Below, in pieces: positions 25,097 to 38,645 of a stretch of DNA of 64,000 nucleotides. The position numbers were made by a program, and so were the translations under genes. Source of the DNA: Pavona decussata. Its lineage: Eukaryota. The stretch lies in assembly GCA_977016875.1 (NCBI GenBank), contig CDRNST010000144.1:744001-808000 (forward strand). Reading direction: 5' to 3'. Under the pieces are notes generated by a model. The model was not told the origin of the DNA. It saw only the letters and a program-made list of their open reading frames with translations, and did not search any database. Positions within the stretch are counted from its first letter, which is position 1, and each line of letters starts with the position of its first letter.

Positions 25097-28000
25097 CCGG
25101 ACTACAATTTGAAAAACATTAACTAACTGCATCAGAGAGGCAATTTCTGTCTGTGTTCTTCTGCTTCTGATATGTTTTGTCGAGTGCAAAGGAGAGCGTT
25201 TTCTTTTTCCTCTAATCCTTTTTCAGTCTGAACCAACTCGTCTTGGAACTTGGTTTGCACGGTGTTAAGGAGGGTGTGGAATAAATGCAAGCCTATTTTG
25301 AGATGCATTACTTTGTTTTTCAGTTGGAGCCTGTGTACTGAAAATACTTAATAACTGGGGCTTGTGTAACAGTAGTTTTGGAGACTGGAAGGCAAATTGG
25401 GGTGATCCATCTTTGTACGGTCGAGTTCCTTACTTCTAACTTTCTTTAATGAGATTGAATCTTCCAACTTATCTTTAGTAATGTTATAGTGTGTTTTTGG
25501 ATAGTACAGGAGAAAACCAATAATTGTTGCTGTTAGCGCTCATTCCTTAGTAAGCTGTACAGAAGGCGTTGACATATTGGGCAGATGCGACTGCCAAGCA
25601 GCAAATGTTCGCTGCATCATCATCATCATCATCATCATCATCGTCATTATCGTCAAATGTCAACTTTTCCTTTAACATGCGTTTTGGACTACTTCCGTTT
25701 TCTGACAACTTGTTTAAAAGAACCCCGCACATTTTTTCCTGTATGTAAAAGTGGCACTTGTTTGCTGATACGGTTGTAGTAGTTGGTTTGTTTGTACTTT
25801 TGCTTTATCAGCTTGTCATTCACATCTGTTTGGATCTTTTGTTTTAACAACGAACTGCTGGTAAGGTGAAGAAGTTCTCGACGAAGCTTTCCAATTTATC
25901 AATACGGTACTCTTCCGCCAAAAGGGGGCTCCTGTAGCGTTTGGCCAATAGACTACCGTTGCGTAGCCAAGAGGCTTTTTCATAACTTTTCGATGAGGAA
26001 ACAGGTTTGAAAGCTGATCCAATACGACGGAGTTTTGGATCAAAATTTTTCGTTCAGGTATCCTGGTTTGCTGCAATTTCTGCCTGCATCACATGTTCGT
26101 CTCGTGTATTTGCTATAATTTGGTTGCAGGTCTCTTCAAGTTGTTTCAATAACCTTTGTCTTCTTTCTTCTCCTTCTGATATTCGCTGTCAAGTGCGAAA
26201 GGGGCGTTCTCTTTCTCCTCTAAACCCCTCTCAGAGGAAGAAAACATATTAGACAGATGCCACTGCCAAGCAGCAAAATCAATCCATATCCGAGAAGGTT
26301 TGAGTAGTTCTTTGGGGCGTTCATCGTTCCATATTCTTCTATTCTTCGTCATCATTTATCATCGTCATTATAATCGTCATCATTATCATCAAAACGGCAC
26401 TTTATAAATTGATGAACGGATAATTACAAGATACATCTTTTTAGTATTAAATCATGATTGGTTTCTTGACTTATTTTGAAATGTACAGAAGAAAACAAAT
26501 CAAAATATACAGAATACAATCTAAATACTGTAAGAAGCCACCAAATAAAAGCTAACACGTATGTTATAAATTTTTATATGAACAGTAGAACAACTTACTA
26601 ATTATTAAAGCAGTTATAATTTTTCTGAATTTTTACCTATTAACTAAATGCTTAACAGGATTTAATTGATATAAGCTACTTGTATATTTTAATATTAAGT
26701 TAGCTATTTGTTCATCGAAAGTTGCATGTGAATAAGCCCCAATTTTTTTCCAGAAAGGGATTAAGTATTGGTATTAATTCAATGTCGTACAGAGAGTTGA
26801 TATAGATCTTGTTTCTGCGAGTAGCATTGGATCTGTTTTATGGACTAAAAATGCTGGATGTTATTTGGGATTATTTTGGATGAAGTTGGTTCAACTGTTG
26901 TGGGTGATGTGCCCGTCTACTTGTCTTGGGGTTGCACTACCGATGTGGTTTCGGCCACCTAAGCAAATGGTTTCTTGTACTTATGAAGATGTTTACGATT
27001 TCTTGTGTACAGTTTGCCATTTCAGTCCGTAGTTTATATGAGGAAATGTCAATTTTTCCTTTAACATGGGTTTTGAACCACCTCCGTTTTCTGACAACTT
27101 GTTTAAAGGAACTGCGCAAATTTTTTCCTTACTGTAAAAGTGGCACTTGTTTGATGATATGGTTGTAGCAGTTGGTTTGTTTGTACTTCTGCTTTATCAA
27201 CTTTTTTTCACATTTGCTTGGATCTTTTGTTTTAACAACGAACTGCTGGTTGGAAGCAGTGTTCTTGTTTGCAGTTATCTTGTTCAGCGACCGAAGATTT
27301 TTTGTGTCTGCTGCTGTTTGTCTGAATGCCTTTTGGACTACTTCCGTTTTCTGACAACCTGTTTAAAAGAACCGCGCACATTTTTTCCTGTTTATAAAAG
27401 TGGCACTTGTTTGCTGATATGGTTGTAGCAGTTGGTTTGTTTGTACTTCTGCTTTATCAACTTTTTTTCACATTTGCTTGGATCTTTTGTTTTAACAACG
27501 AACTGCTGGTGGGAAGCAGTGTTCTTGTTTGCAGTTATCTTGTTCAGCGACCGAAGATTTTTTGTGTCTTCTGCTGTCGAAAGAAATACAACATCTTTTG
27601 GAAGGGTTTTCACGATTGACAAAAAGACGATGACACACTCCAAACGCAAACTAAAAGACCTACCGTTTGGGAAGTTTATTTTGGTGTTTTATAATGTGTG
27701 CCTCTATAACCGGACTACAATTTGAAAAACATTAACTAACTGCATCAGAGAGGCAATTTCTGTCTGTTTTCTTCTCCTTCTGATATGTTTTGTCGAGTGC
27801 AAAGGAGAGCGTTTTCTTTTTCCTCTAATCCTTTTTCAGTCTGAACCAACTCGTCTTGGAACTTGGTTTGCACGGTGTTAAGGAGGGTGTGTTAATAAAT
27901 GCAAGCCTATTTTGAGGTGCATTACTTTGTTTTTCAGTTTGAGCCTGTGTACTGAAAATACTTAATAACTGGGGCTTGTGTAAAAGCCGTTTTGGAGACT

Positions 28001-29390
28001 GCAAGGCAAATTGGGGTGATTCATCTTTGTACGGTCGAGTTCCTTACTTTTAACTTTCTTTAATGAGATTGAATCTTCCAACTTATCTTTAGTAATGTTA
28101 TATTGTCTTTTTGGATAGTACAGGAGAAAACCAATAATTGTTGCTGTTAGCACTCATCCTTAGTAAGCTGTACAGAAGGCGTCGACATATTGCGCAGATG
28201 CGACTGCCAAGCAGCAAATGTTCGCTGCATCATCATCATCATCATCGTCATTATCGTCAAATGTCAACTTTTCCTTTAACATGCGTTTTGGACTACTTCC
28301 GTTTTCTGACAACTTGTTTAAAAGAACCGCGCACATTATTTCCTGTTTGTAAAAGTGGCACTTGTTTGTTGATACGGTTGTAGTAGTTGGTTTGTTTGTA
28401 CTTTTGCTTTATCAGCTTGTCATTCACATCTGTTTGGATCTTTGGTTTTAACAACGAACTGCTGGTGGGGTGAAGAAGTTCTCGACGAAGCTTTCCAATT
28501 TATCAATACGGTACTCTTCCGCCAAAAGGGGGCTCCTGTAGCGTTTGGCCAATAGACTACCGTTGCGTAGCCAAGAGGTTGCTTCATAACTTTTCGACGA
28601 TAAAACGGGTTTGAAAGCTGATCCAATACGACGGAGTTTTGGATCAAAATTTTTCGTTCAGGTATCCTGGTTTGCTGCAATTTCTGCCTGCATCACATGT
28701 TCGTCTTGTGTATTTGCTATAATTTGGTTGCAGGTCTCCTCAAGTTGTTTCAATAGCCTTTGTCTTCTTTCTTCTCCTTCTGATATCCGCTGTCGAGTGC
28801 GAAGGGGGCGTTCTCTTTCTCCTCTAATCCCCTCTCAGAGGAAGAAAACATATTAGGCAGATGCCACTGCCAAGCAGCAAAATCAATCCATATCCGAGAA
28901 GGTTTGAGTAGTTCTTTGGGGCGTTCATCGTTCCATATTCTTCTATATTTTTTTATATTCTTCCATATCTTACTATATTCTGCTATATCCTTTATATTCT
29001 AAAAATCGTTCTTCTTGGTAACTTGCAATAAATTTGTAAAGACGCAACGCAAAATGGAATCTATTTGTTAATTATTGTTGTTGATGCATTAATGTTCAAC
29101 ACTTACCCTTTGGGAATCTGATTTTGGTCTTTTATAATTTTTGCCTCTATAAGTGGACTACAATTCGAAAAAACATCAGTTAACTCCTTGGCTGTAGTTT
29201 GCAATTAAAGCAAATAACACTTGTCAAAATTATTCGTCCTTGTAACTTGCAATAAATCTGTGCATTATCATGTGTTTCTGTTAGCGCTCATTCCTTAGTA
29301 AGCTGTACAGAAGGTGTCGACATATTGGGCAGATGTGACTGTCAAGCAGCAAATGTTCACTGCATCATCAACATCATCGTCATCATTCAT
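25096..29390. repeat. Complex segmental tandem duplication
   Basis: A ~1.25-kb unit at 25096-26340 is nearly identical to 27709-28945 (paired ORFs 25816/28420 and 26007/28611). A ~260-bp internal tandem lies at 27080-27580, with partial third copies near 29155 and 29280-29385. Confidence 0.9.
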
Positions 29391-29785
29391 GATGCCTGTT
29401 CAGTAAATAACCGCAAACTGATTTTGGCAACAGTTCAAATACATACTGAGAACTGCGAACATAACGTGTCAATCAACGTCATCCCTGATTCCAAAAGGTA
29501 CCGGGATTCATAAAAGCTGCGCTGCACACGTGTGATAGAGCATTCATAACAGTCATCCATGGGACATTTAGTTTGGAAGTTTATGCCTCGCCAAAAAGAT
29601 TCCTACGCCAAGTGGCATTTTGAAAAGCAGGGTGAAATTGTTAGAATATTAAGAAAAGTATGGTCTACAAAATAACCTGATGGTCAGGAGTACGGAGGGT
29701 TGATCAAAATCGCAGTCCAAAAATCAGAAGTGGAAAATGACAAATTGAAGGTAGTCTTAACTTCTATGGTCTATTTGTGACCATA

Positions 29786-31413
29786 CACGGGAAAACGTAC
29801 TTTAACGCTTATCCGTTAAACGGGCAAAACCGTTAACCATCCGTTAGCTGCCCGTTAGAAAGCTCTTTCAAAAGCGTTAGAGGCGTTAACAAAACCGTTA
29901 GCTTTAAACGTTTAGCGTTAGAACGAAAAGTTTACCCGTTAGCCGAAGTTCTGTATCCGTTAGCCGTTAGAATTAGAGCGTTAGAGCGGACAGCGTAGGC
30001 GTTAATACAAAATTTGTATCCGTTAGAACGCCTGACAGAGGCGTTAGAAAAAATTACCTTCCGTTAAACGGGTAAATCAACTGTTTACTATCTGCCGTTA
30101 GAATTGCGTGAGTTTCACTGCTCCGTACTTAAAGAAAGATTTCGCCGAAGCGACCTTTTTAGGTCATGAAGCAGACGAGCGAGCGAAATTCTCGTTCGCA
30201 GGCGTATCCTTAAAACAAATTCATTATAACTTCTGCGAAAGAAACTGACCGTGAGTGAGCGACATAGTCGCAAGAGGGAAAAAGACGAATCGAATGATTT
30301 TATTGTACGTCTAGCGAAAGTTTTGACGATTGGTTTGTGCTGTTGACTGATAATGTTGTTTATGTCGTAATTCAAGTGGTAAGTCTTTGTCAAGTCAGGT
30401 CGCGACTTTGATTTCGTGTGCTCTTTCGAGCGGAAAGTTGTTTACATAAATATGTCCAGCACGAACGCTTTTTGCTATAAAGTGGTTGTTGTCTTGTATT
30501 TGGTTTAAGCTTTCATGGCGATAAACCCTCTTTAGCTTGACGACATCCTGAAATTGGCATCGGAATAAATTATTCTGATATTGAACAGGAATTAAGCCGT
30601 CAAACTCCTCGGTGGAATCATTTGACATCCGTGACTATATAAAATGAAATTTTAAACATTACTTTCATTCAAGTCTTTTATATTTCTGATAGCAGTATAA
30701 ACGAAGCAAGCAGAGCGTGTGAATGCGCAAGTTCACGTCAACTCCGTCGTAAACAAAATGTAAAATAATGTTGACGCTAAAAATAGACGCGGCAAGAAAT
30801 TGTGTGAACAGTTTGTTTTTATTTTGCGCTCGTTGACTATGTTTACATGAAAATATTTCAAGCTTTTATGCCTATACCGATCCGGCCATTTCGCTCCACG
30901 ACAACCTAAAAATTAATTTGCTTCAGACTTTATTCAGATCTTGTCAAACGCTCCTCAGTGAAAACATTTGACATTCGCGACTATGCAAAATGAAATTTAA
31001 ATTTTCGTGTGTGGTTTTTTATACTTCACATCGTGCAACGTGATTGTGAGATATTCAGCAGTTCGTGAAAATCTTGTCGGTACACTAGACTGTATCTACC
31101 GTTTCTAACGCTCATGCAAGTCGTTAATTTAAGCGTTAGATTTTTTCTCGGCCGTTTAACGCCTCCAGCTAAGCGTTAGAACAGGTTGCGTAAGCGTTAG
31201 AAAGTTTTCATGAGCCGTTAGACAGAATTAGTTAGGCGTTAGAGCGTTAGTGTTAAACGTTAGAACGCTCAAATGATCCGTTTGCCATGACCAGTTTGCC
31301 GTTAGACCGTTAGGACAAACCGTTAGAACGCTTTCAAGGCCGTTAACTACCCGTTAACTACCTGTTAGTTTTTAGCCGTTTAACGGATAAGCGTTAAAGT
31401 ACGTTTTCCCGTG
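29786..31413. mobile_element. Non-autonomous TIR DNA transposon (CACGG termini, TA TSD; EnSpm/CMC-like) with CGTTAG subterminal arrays
   Basis: TA|CACGGGAAAACGTACTTTAACGCTTATCCGTTAAACGG ... CCGTTTAACGGATAAGCGTTAAAGTACGTTTTCCCGTG|TA is a ~38-bp perfect TIR. Dozens of (C/G)CGTTA(G/A) motifs lie in both arms. Confidence 0.9.
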
Positions 31414-31684
31414 TACGGTCACATTTTTATTTATATACAATATGCGCAAAATGCATGCTTGGCAGAATGCGGTTTCTTTCTGGATAGTGAGCTAAGATAA
31501 CGTTGCTACCTTCTAGTAAATTCATGTGCGAGGAATTGGTGACAGCGTTACAAGTGTGGTAAAGAAACCTTCATACCATGATAACTCACACATCGATTTT
31601 CTTAAAACCTGAGCTCAGGGCAAAATGTTTTGCCCACATCAAATTTGTACCAAACACAATGAGGTTATCAATTCAAGGGCCAAA

Positions 31685-31968
31685 TAGGATGAACTGACAC
31701 ATTAAAATCAACTATACAGTCATGGAAATTGCTCACGTGATTTCATTGATCCACTGGTAGATTAATTCCTACAAACCGACCATGGTGTGAGAACAGCGTC
31801 ACCAACAGGGTTTATAGGAAAAACCTGAGCAAAATCCTAAATCGATCAGCTTTGGTGGCTTTTTTATTTATTGCACACTAAGTTTACAAGAGTGAAAAAA
31901 TCCAAAATTTGTCGGATTTAAGATAGGAAGCATACGCAGCTGGTTGCTGTTTATTATTGTTGTTGTTA

Positions 31969-32041
<73 letters not shown>

Positions 32042-32140
32042 CCGGCGTATCCTTGTAGCTTTCTTTTCAAGACGCCTTCATATGTATTATTTTTACATAA
32101 ATAAGGCATCTTAAATAAGGTGTGTCAGTTCATCTTATCG
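31685..32140. mobile_element. Small MITE containing an (ATT)n/(ATCATT)n microsatellite
   Basis: The inverted pair gatgaactgacaca / tgtgtcagttcatc flanks the segment. The microsatellite spans about 31953-32042. Confidence 0.55.
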
Positions 32141-33841
32141 GAACGCAAATTAGTGTTTCGCCAATGAGAATGTGGATTTCAAGTAACAAGTATTATAGCC
32201 CAATCATGTTAAAATCACCAGTTGTGACAAAAAATGTCAACTATTAAACAACAAAAGTAACGTGATTAACGTACTTTCGAGTTTGACTTATGATTGTGCA
32301 GTAAATGATTCTTCTTTCCGTTTTCATGTTCAGGTTGTGTGCGATAACAAGACTCAAGGAATTTGATGAAAGGTATCTTTATTTGACTTTACTACCAACG
32401 ATTTCTCTGCCCAGTTCAAGTCTTGCTATGCAGCAAACACTTTTGTTAAGTGCTATGAGGAAATACTATGCCGTAGAAGCGCAGAATCAATTATTCAGGA
32501 GAACAGTTTGCCAAAAGAAGACCTGGAAGAGCTGCCGCATAAGAAAGCACGTACTTCAACAACTGATGAAGTAAGTGGGAATCCGCTTGTTCCAACGAGG
32601 AAACCGTCACCAGTGCAAGTCACTCCGAAAGTAAAAGTGACAGCAAGGACACTAAATTCAGCAAGAAAAGAACGAGACTTGGTGAAGCAACCGAATAAGA
32701 GAGTACGTTCTTCTGCTACTGATGAAAAAAGTGAGAGTTCACCTGTTCCAGACAGAGTAGTTACTGGTACAAGTCATGACTCAAAAAGTGAAAATGAAGA
32801 GGACACAAGTTCATAGGATGGTGCATTTCTGAGTGAGATTACCGAGTATGCGGTTCACGGTAAGTTATAAGACATTATCGTTTGTGGTTTGAACAAAAGT
32901 CAGAGTGACTAACAATGCATGTCGAATTGAAGTGCTGATATGCTATTTTAGTTCAAAATTTGATGGGATATTGCAGCGACAAATCGCCCTCAAATCGCAC
33001 TGAGAAAACACCTCCATGGTACATTCTTCATTGCTAGGTTTAGCCCACTTAAGTCCATATTTTTAGTTTTTCTGCTATGTTATGAACCCAAATATGCAGT
33101 ATTTTGTTGCTGTTGTTATTGTTGTTGTTAGCTTAAGCTCACGATGAAATAATTGCCCAAATTCACTCTACCGTGAACTTTTGTTTCAACGCTTAAGAAT
33201 GCTGAAGGCGCCAAAGTATATTTTATTTCATAGTTTTCATACCCAAGACTTGCAAGACTTGGGGATAATCCATGAGTTGCAAACATAATCCGGTCATTCT
33301 CTAAAGAACCCTGAATGTGGGATTATAGAAAAAATGAAAAAAAAAAACAAGAGAGAAACAGTGAAAATATCACCTGTCGAGGTAGTTAAATTTCATCACT
33401 TGACTACCTTACCCTGCCTTCTTACCATTTGTTCTCGAGGTTAAATTGGTCAACCTAAAGTACACGCAATTGTTTGACTTTTTTGTACTGCAAACATGAG
33501 GTGGCTTATGAATAATGTGTTATTTGTTGTAGGAATGCATAGAGTACTGGCGACATCACTTGTTTCGCCTCAACCAGACAGTCATGTACAATACTTTCAA
33601 CAACATTCCAGTGGACAAGACCTGGAGTCCAATGGAGTCCAGTTGTGCAATAGAACCGTTAGTACAGTCGAGTCTACTTGAATCATCGGAAGTCTAGTCA
33701 TAAGATGAAACCGGAAGTGTAAACAATACAATGAGGAGGGTTGGAAAGTCGTCCGATGTACTCTATTGGATCCATTGGAAATACATCAATTCAAATGGAA
33801 TCTCCGGAAGTCTAGTCGTGCCATGAGCCAAAACTAGCCCA

Positions 33842-34240
33842 CTACACATGTAACATAACTCGTTCTTAAAGCAGTGAATCGATACAAGCATACTACACAC
33901 CTAACGTAACTGGTTCTAAAAACCGTGAGTCAATACAAGCATGCTACAGTTGTAACCTAACTCGTTCTTTAAGCCGTGAGTCGATACAGGCACGCTAAAG
34001 ACTAAGTCGAGACTAGCACACTACACATAGGTAACATAACCCATTCCTAAAGCGATGAATCGAAACAAGCGCGCTACACATGACTTAACTCGTTCTTAAG
34101 TCATGATACCATACAAGCAAGCTACGTGCATGAAATACGACTAGTTTTCTTTTTAAGCGCCCTGTGTCCCCCAAGCCAGAAGTCGAGACTGGCCACTCCA
34201 CATAATAGCTGAATCGAACAATCACACTACACATGTAAAA
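33842..34240. repeat. Degenerate ~51-bp tandem repeat (5-6 units)
   Basis: ctacacatgtaacataactcgttcttaaagcagtgaatcgatacaagcata-like units start near 33843, 33893, 33944, 34021, 34075 and 34227. Confidence 0.8.
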
Positions 34241-34859
34241 TAAGTCCTATTTAAAATTCATAACTGGTTTGTCAATGATCGGTAAGGGTACAAATTCAAG
34301 TTGTTAAAACAGCGGCTTTCGCTGTGGGGTATCATTATTTTTTATCAGCCAGTATTTCTATTCTTTGGATACCTGAGATTGGTATGAAATGCAAATCGTG
34401 AATAGACCCTTCTCACTCGGCGGCCATGTTGAGTCTCAGGAGAATAAAAAGCTTTGTTTTTTGCAAGGCAACCCTCGCACTGAATTCGCCTGTGATTCAA
34501 CATGGTTGCGAGTGAGTGCAAAGGTTGCAGGAGCATGGGTACAGCAATTGATCTGTGCACATTCATGAAGTTGTCATCAACGAGACCATCAACGATTGTT
34601 TGTATCAGCCATACTTGTTGATACCATTTCGCTTTGTAAAAATGTTGCTTTTCAAAATGATTACCTACGCTTATTTTGATTGAATTTTGTATTTCACACT
34701 GTAGGGTTTTTTTTAACGTTAGTAGTTTTGCTGCTATCATTAAAAAAGTTTGTTTATGGAAGCAGGAAGATTCGCCCGTAAATGGCATGGAGTCTTTTAT
34801 CGCCATGTGCAAAAATATCAGTTTCTTAGACCCGGAATTAATGTCTGCGATGACCAAAC

Positions 34860-35087
34860 AAGCAGCTGTGGTGCACAACCGTTCCCAAAGCCAAATAACA
34901 CCAGTTTAAATGTATCCTTGTCGCCAATAGGTTTGGCCAAAAATATCCTCTGGTATTCTTGTGGCCAAGCTTTTAAAGTAAAAAATGCATCACCGTTGAT
35001 GGTTTCAAACAAGTTCCTTCCTTCCGTCATAACTTCGTGTTTGCTAAGCAAACGGAACTTCCTACAATACTCATTCAAAGTTGCCAT
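34860..35087 (-). pseudogene. Second, truncated copy of the small primase-CTD-like ORF
   Basis: GDAFFTLKAWPQEYQRIFLAKPIGDKDTFKLVLFGFGNGCAPQL aligns with the 8.1-8.5 kb ORF. Homology is lost after about 34860. Confidence 0.65.
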
Positions 35088-36601
35088 TTCAATGGATACC
35101 TCACGAGCGTGTGCATGATTGTTGTCTTATAACGTTTCATTGTTTAAAAAATCGCATGTTCTTTGTTTTATCATATCAATGCCACAGTACAGTTCTTGCT
35201 GGGTCACTCAACATGGCTTCTAATCATCTCCATCATCTAGATAAAAATCTGAGCCATTGCCATAAACGCGATATTGATTGGGACGTTCTACCTCAATCTA
35301 TATGGCAGGTTAGTTGGAAATAAATTTTCACATAAATGTTTTTTTTTTTTTTTTTTTCACAAATAGTAATACATTGCTTACGAATTCCATGTATCATTCT
35401 TCTAGGCAAGCAAACTCTTGGGAAAAGGAATGAAGCAACGAGACACTTCAATCCTCTTTGGAGACCTTATCCTCGTGGCATTTAGCATGGGACATGCCTG
35501 TATGAAATGTTCATGCCTTCTGGACGAAACCGGTGATTCTGTGGGTGGCCTGTGTCATAACTACAGGTATTTACACATTTTATCTATCAAAAAGAACTAC
35601 TAACCCTCACAAAACGCCTCAAAACAATTGTCAAAAAATATTTTAACCTACGATTTTTCAAACTTCTTCCAGTTCACAAACCATACCTGCTAAAAGAAGA
35701 CAACATAAATATACACTTAGGTACCCAACTACCCAACATCTTTATTTACAACCATCTATTGCATTATTGTTTGAAGGGCGTTGTAAATCTATGTCCCACA
35801 AACACCTCGTCGAAATCCTAGAGCTGGTGGCAGACCGTGTGATTGTTTGTGATGTCTCACCAAAGTCTATGATTCTATCCCATTGCACATGGGATAAATT
35901 TGGTGAGATTCTAGCTGATGGGGGAGGAAGATCGCTTGGCTTGTTTGATGAGTAAATGTCATTTGTAACTACAATGAACATGTACTCATCAAACAAGATG
36001 CAAGTCTCAGATACACGGGAGTATCAGGATTTTCTACAACCGTTTACAGGAAAAGTCTACAACAAGAGAGTCAGGTAAAACCACATCCTTAAGTTTATGG
36101 TGATTATTGTAATATTGAACACAATTTAATGTTGCATTCCAATTTTATACTCCCCCTTTTTCTTTTCAATGCATCTTAAGAGTTCTGCCACTAAAATCTA
36201 CCATCAATTTATTGTTTACAAAATATCACATAGATTTTAGGAATAAAGAAAGTAATAATAAGAATAAAAAAGGAAAAAGACAGGAACAAAATGAGAAGAA
36301 CAAGAAAAATATAAATTATAGCCTGCAGAGCAGGCATATTTTTAGTGGGCAAGCGTTAAAGGCTAGGATACAGGAAACAAATACTCTATGCCGCCATCTT
36401 GGATGATAAAGCTGACAGAGGGTTGGGGCAAGCCCAAAAAGGATTCCGAGGAAGAGATTTAACAAAGAAGAGGGGAAGGGGAAATGCCCCTCATCTACTA
36501 GTCCCAATTCTCTACAAGCTGTGCATTTAAAATAGCGGCCTCTTAACAAGCGTTCAAATAAATGAGTGTTCCTACACCAAAATGCCTGCTCCGCCATATA
36601 A

Positions 36602-36633
<32 letters not shown>

Positions 36634-37663
36634 TCCCTCAACAAATGAAAAATATACATGTTATTATTTACGACCTGAATTAATTGTGCTATTTTCCAAT
36701 CAACAGTCACCAGCAATGCAAATTTCAATATGCAAAGAACCTCATCTAACTTTGTGGGCTTTACACAACCATACACAGCATTCTCAGTGACAGAGGATGC
36801 CTCAAACAATGCCAAGGGATTTTCTTCCCGTATTCTGTGGTATTTTCTAAAACCAGTATTTGCCACCCTCAGAGAACCCATTTTAGCTCCAGACGAATGC
36901 GAAATCGGGACCACATTTAAAGAGAAATTGGGTAAGTTTTTACATCCTACAACATCTTTTTGATTCCATATCTACCATGTAATTCTCTACATTTCTTAAA
37001 AATAATCAAGTCATACCATTGCAAAAAAATTCCAATTAGACAACTTCATCTTGCTTTCCACAATTCAGCCACATTATTTCTTAAATATATTTGTTGTGTT
37101 TTTAAATTTTAAAACTCAATACAACCTGTTACCGCCATAAAATCGACAGACTTTATTTTGATTGCTTACATCTTAATGACATTTCGTGTAATCGGACATG
37201 ATTTTGTTTTTTGTTTTTTGTACCCGGATGAGAGCACATGGCATGGTTTTTGGAGAAATGTACTACGGATTGAAAGTTTTTTTACAGCTGGTGTAAAAAT
37301 GCTTGTAGTCATTATGTGGAGAACGTTAAACGGACATTAGGACTTTGTTTGTTTTGTCATCTTTAAGCTATTATCTGATTTTCGTGTTGATTAAATGTTG
37401 TTGATTAAGTTATTAATAGGGCGATTCATAGGGTTCATTGTTTTACATAGAACATTCTAGAACATTCCAGAAGGACTCAAAATATCTTGTAATCAAACCT
37501 TTTCCGGTACGCGTGAGTTTTATTGACAGATGAGTTGTTGTGCACTCTAGGTTTTAGTTGATCGACAGAGAAATACAGATCGTGTAAAAATCATACTTGT
37601 GAGTCTTCAGTGTCACTGGGAATTAGGGACAGGGAAACTAGGAAAATTCCCCACACTGAATGG

Positions 37664-37680
37664 TGGCGACCCTGCCAGGA
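37664..37680 (+). promoter_or_regulatory. Primer-binding site, probably tRNA-Arg
   Basis: TGGCGACCCTGCCAGGA just after the 5' LTR is complementary to a ...TCCTGGCAGGGTCGCCA tRNA 3' end resembling metazoan tRNA-Arg(ACG). Confidence 0.7.
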
Positions 37681-37802
37681 CAGTATTGGATCAGCCTTTA
37701 CAGACTTCTTCACACAGACTTCAACGTGGACAATAGCTGACAATAGGTACACTGTAAATTCCTTTCTTGCGTAATAAGCTGAGTAGCAAAATCATCAGAA
37801 AT

Positions 37803-38645
37803 ATGGCTTTCACAGAGGACAAATTTAACAAGCAACTAGAGGTAGCTAAACTCAAACTCGAGGAAATAAGGAAACTGTCGTTGAGTGAGCATATGGAGGA
37901 TATTTCACTAGCTCATGACCAAATTGGAGCATTAATCACGACGCATGAGAAATCGAAGGAAGGGACAGTTGAATATTTGATAGAGTCAGATAAGGACTTA
38001 GAGTACATCAAAATGTGGCAAACAGAAAACAAGGGGGCCTTCCAGCCGTTTCGAGATGCTCATCTCGACATTAAAAAAAAATTAGACGAATTTATTAGGG
38101 CAGAACACCAAGCGCAAAAGATAAATGAAGAGCAAACAAGGCTCAAATTACGTCAACAAAAGGAAATCGAGAACGCGGTAATGGAACAGCCACAACGGGA
38201 AGAAGAATGGTATCTCCGAAAACTGGACTTCGAAAAACAAATTGGGCAAAGTCATGCGGAACACGCTAAAGGGGCGGATTTCGGAAAACCTGACAAATCA
38301 TCGCCACAGTCAGTAAAATTGCAAAAATACACCATTACACCCTTCAATGGAGACTACAAAGATTCGCTACGGTTTTGGAACCAATTCTCGGTAGAAGTAG
38401 AGGGCTCGACAATATCGGAAATTAGCAAATTTAATTACTTACTGGAGCTCGTGAAGGGGAAACCTAAAGATGATATCTTAGGACTTCCACATAGCGAAGA
38501 TGGTTACAAGGAGGCCAAGCGGATCCTAGAGCCGACCTATGGGAAGGACACCAAGGTGCAAAGGGCACTCATCAAGGAACTCGAAGATCTCGCCGGAATC
38601 ACAAGTATCCACAGGCTCAGCAATATCCACGACTTCTACAACAAG
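37803..38645 (+). CDS. gag: BEL/Pao Gag (DUF1759-type), truncated
   Basis: VKLQKYTITPFNGDYKDSLRFWNQF...KFNYLLELVKG...GYKEAKRILE..YG. Confidence 0.85.

Larger units (their letters stand above)
29559..33630 (+). pseudogene. Putative three-exon gene of unknown function interrupted by MITEs
   Basis: Exon-like blocks with GT/AG boundaries: about 29559-29750 (MGHLVWKFMPRQKDSYAKWHFEK), 32334-32859 (VVCDNKTQ...LPKEDLEELPHKKARTS) and 33533-33630 (ECIEYWRHHLFRLNQ). Stops are present. Confidence 0.35.

Noticed and set aside
25547-25779. Poly-His and poly-Asp ORFs (also at 28138-28383)
   Set aside because: They come from a (CAT)n microsatellite whose length differs between the duplicates.
33842-34240. 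CRISPR-like periodicity
   Set aside because: The whole unit is repeated degenerately, there are no unique spacers or cas genes, and the context is eukaryotic.
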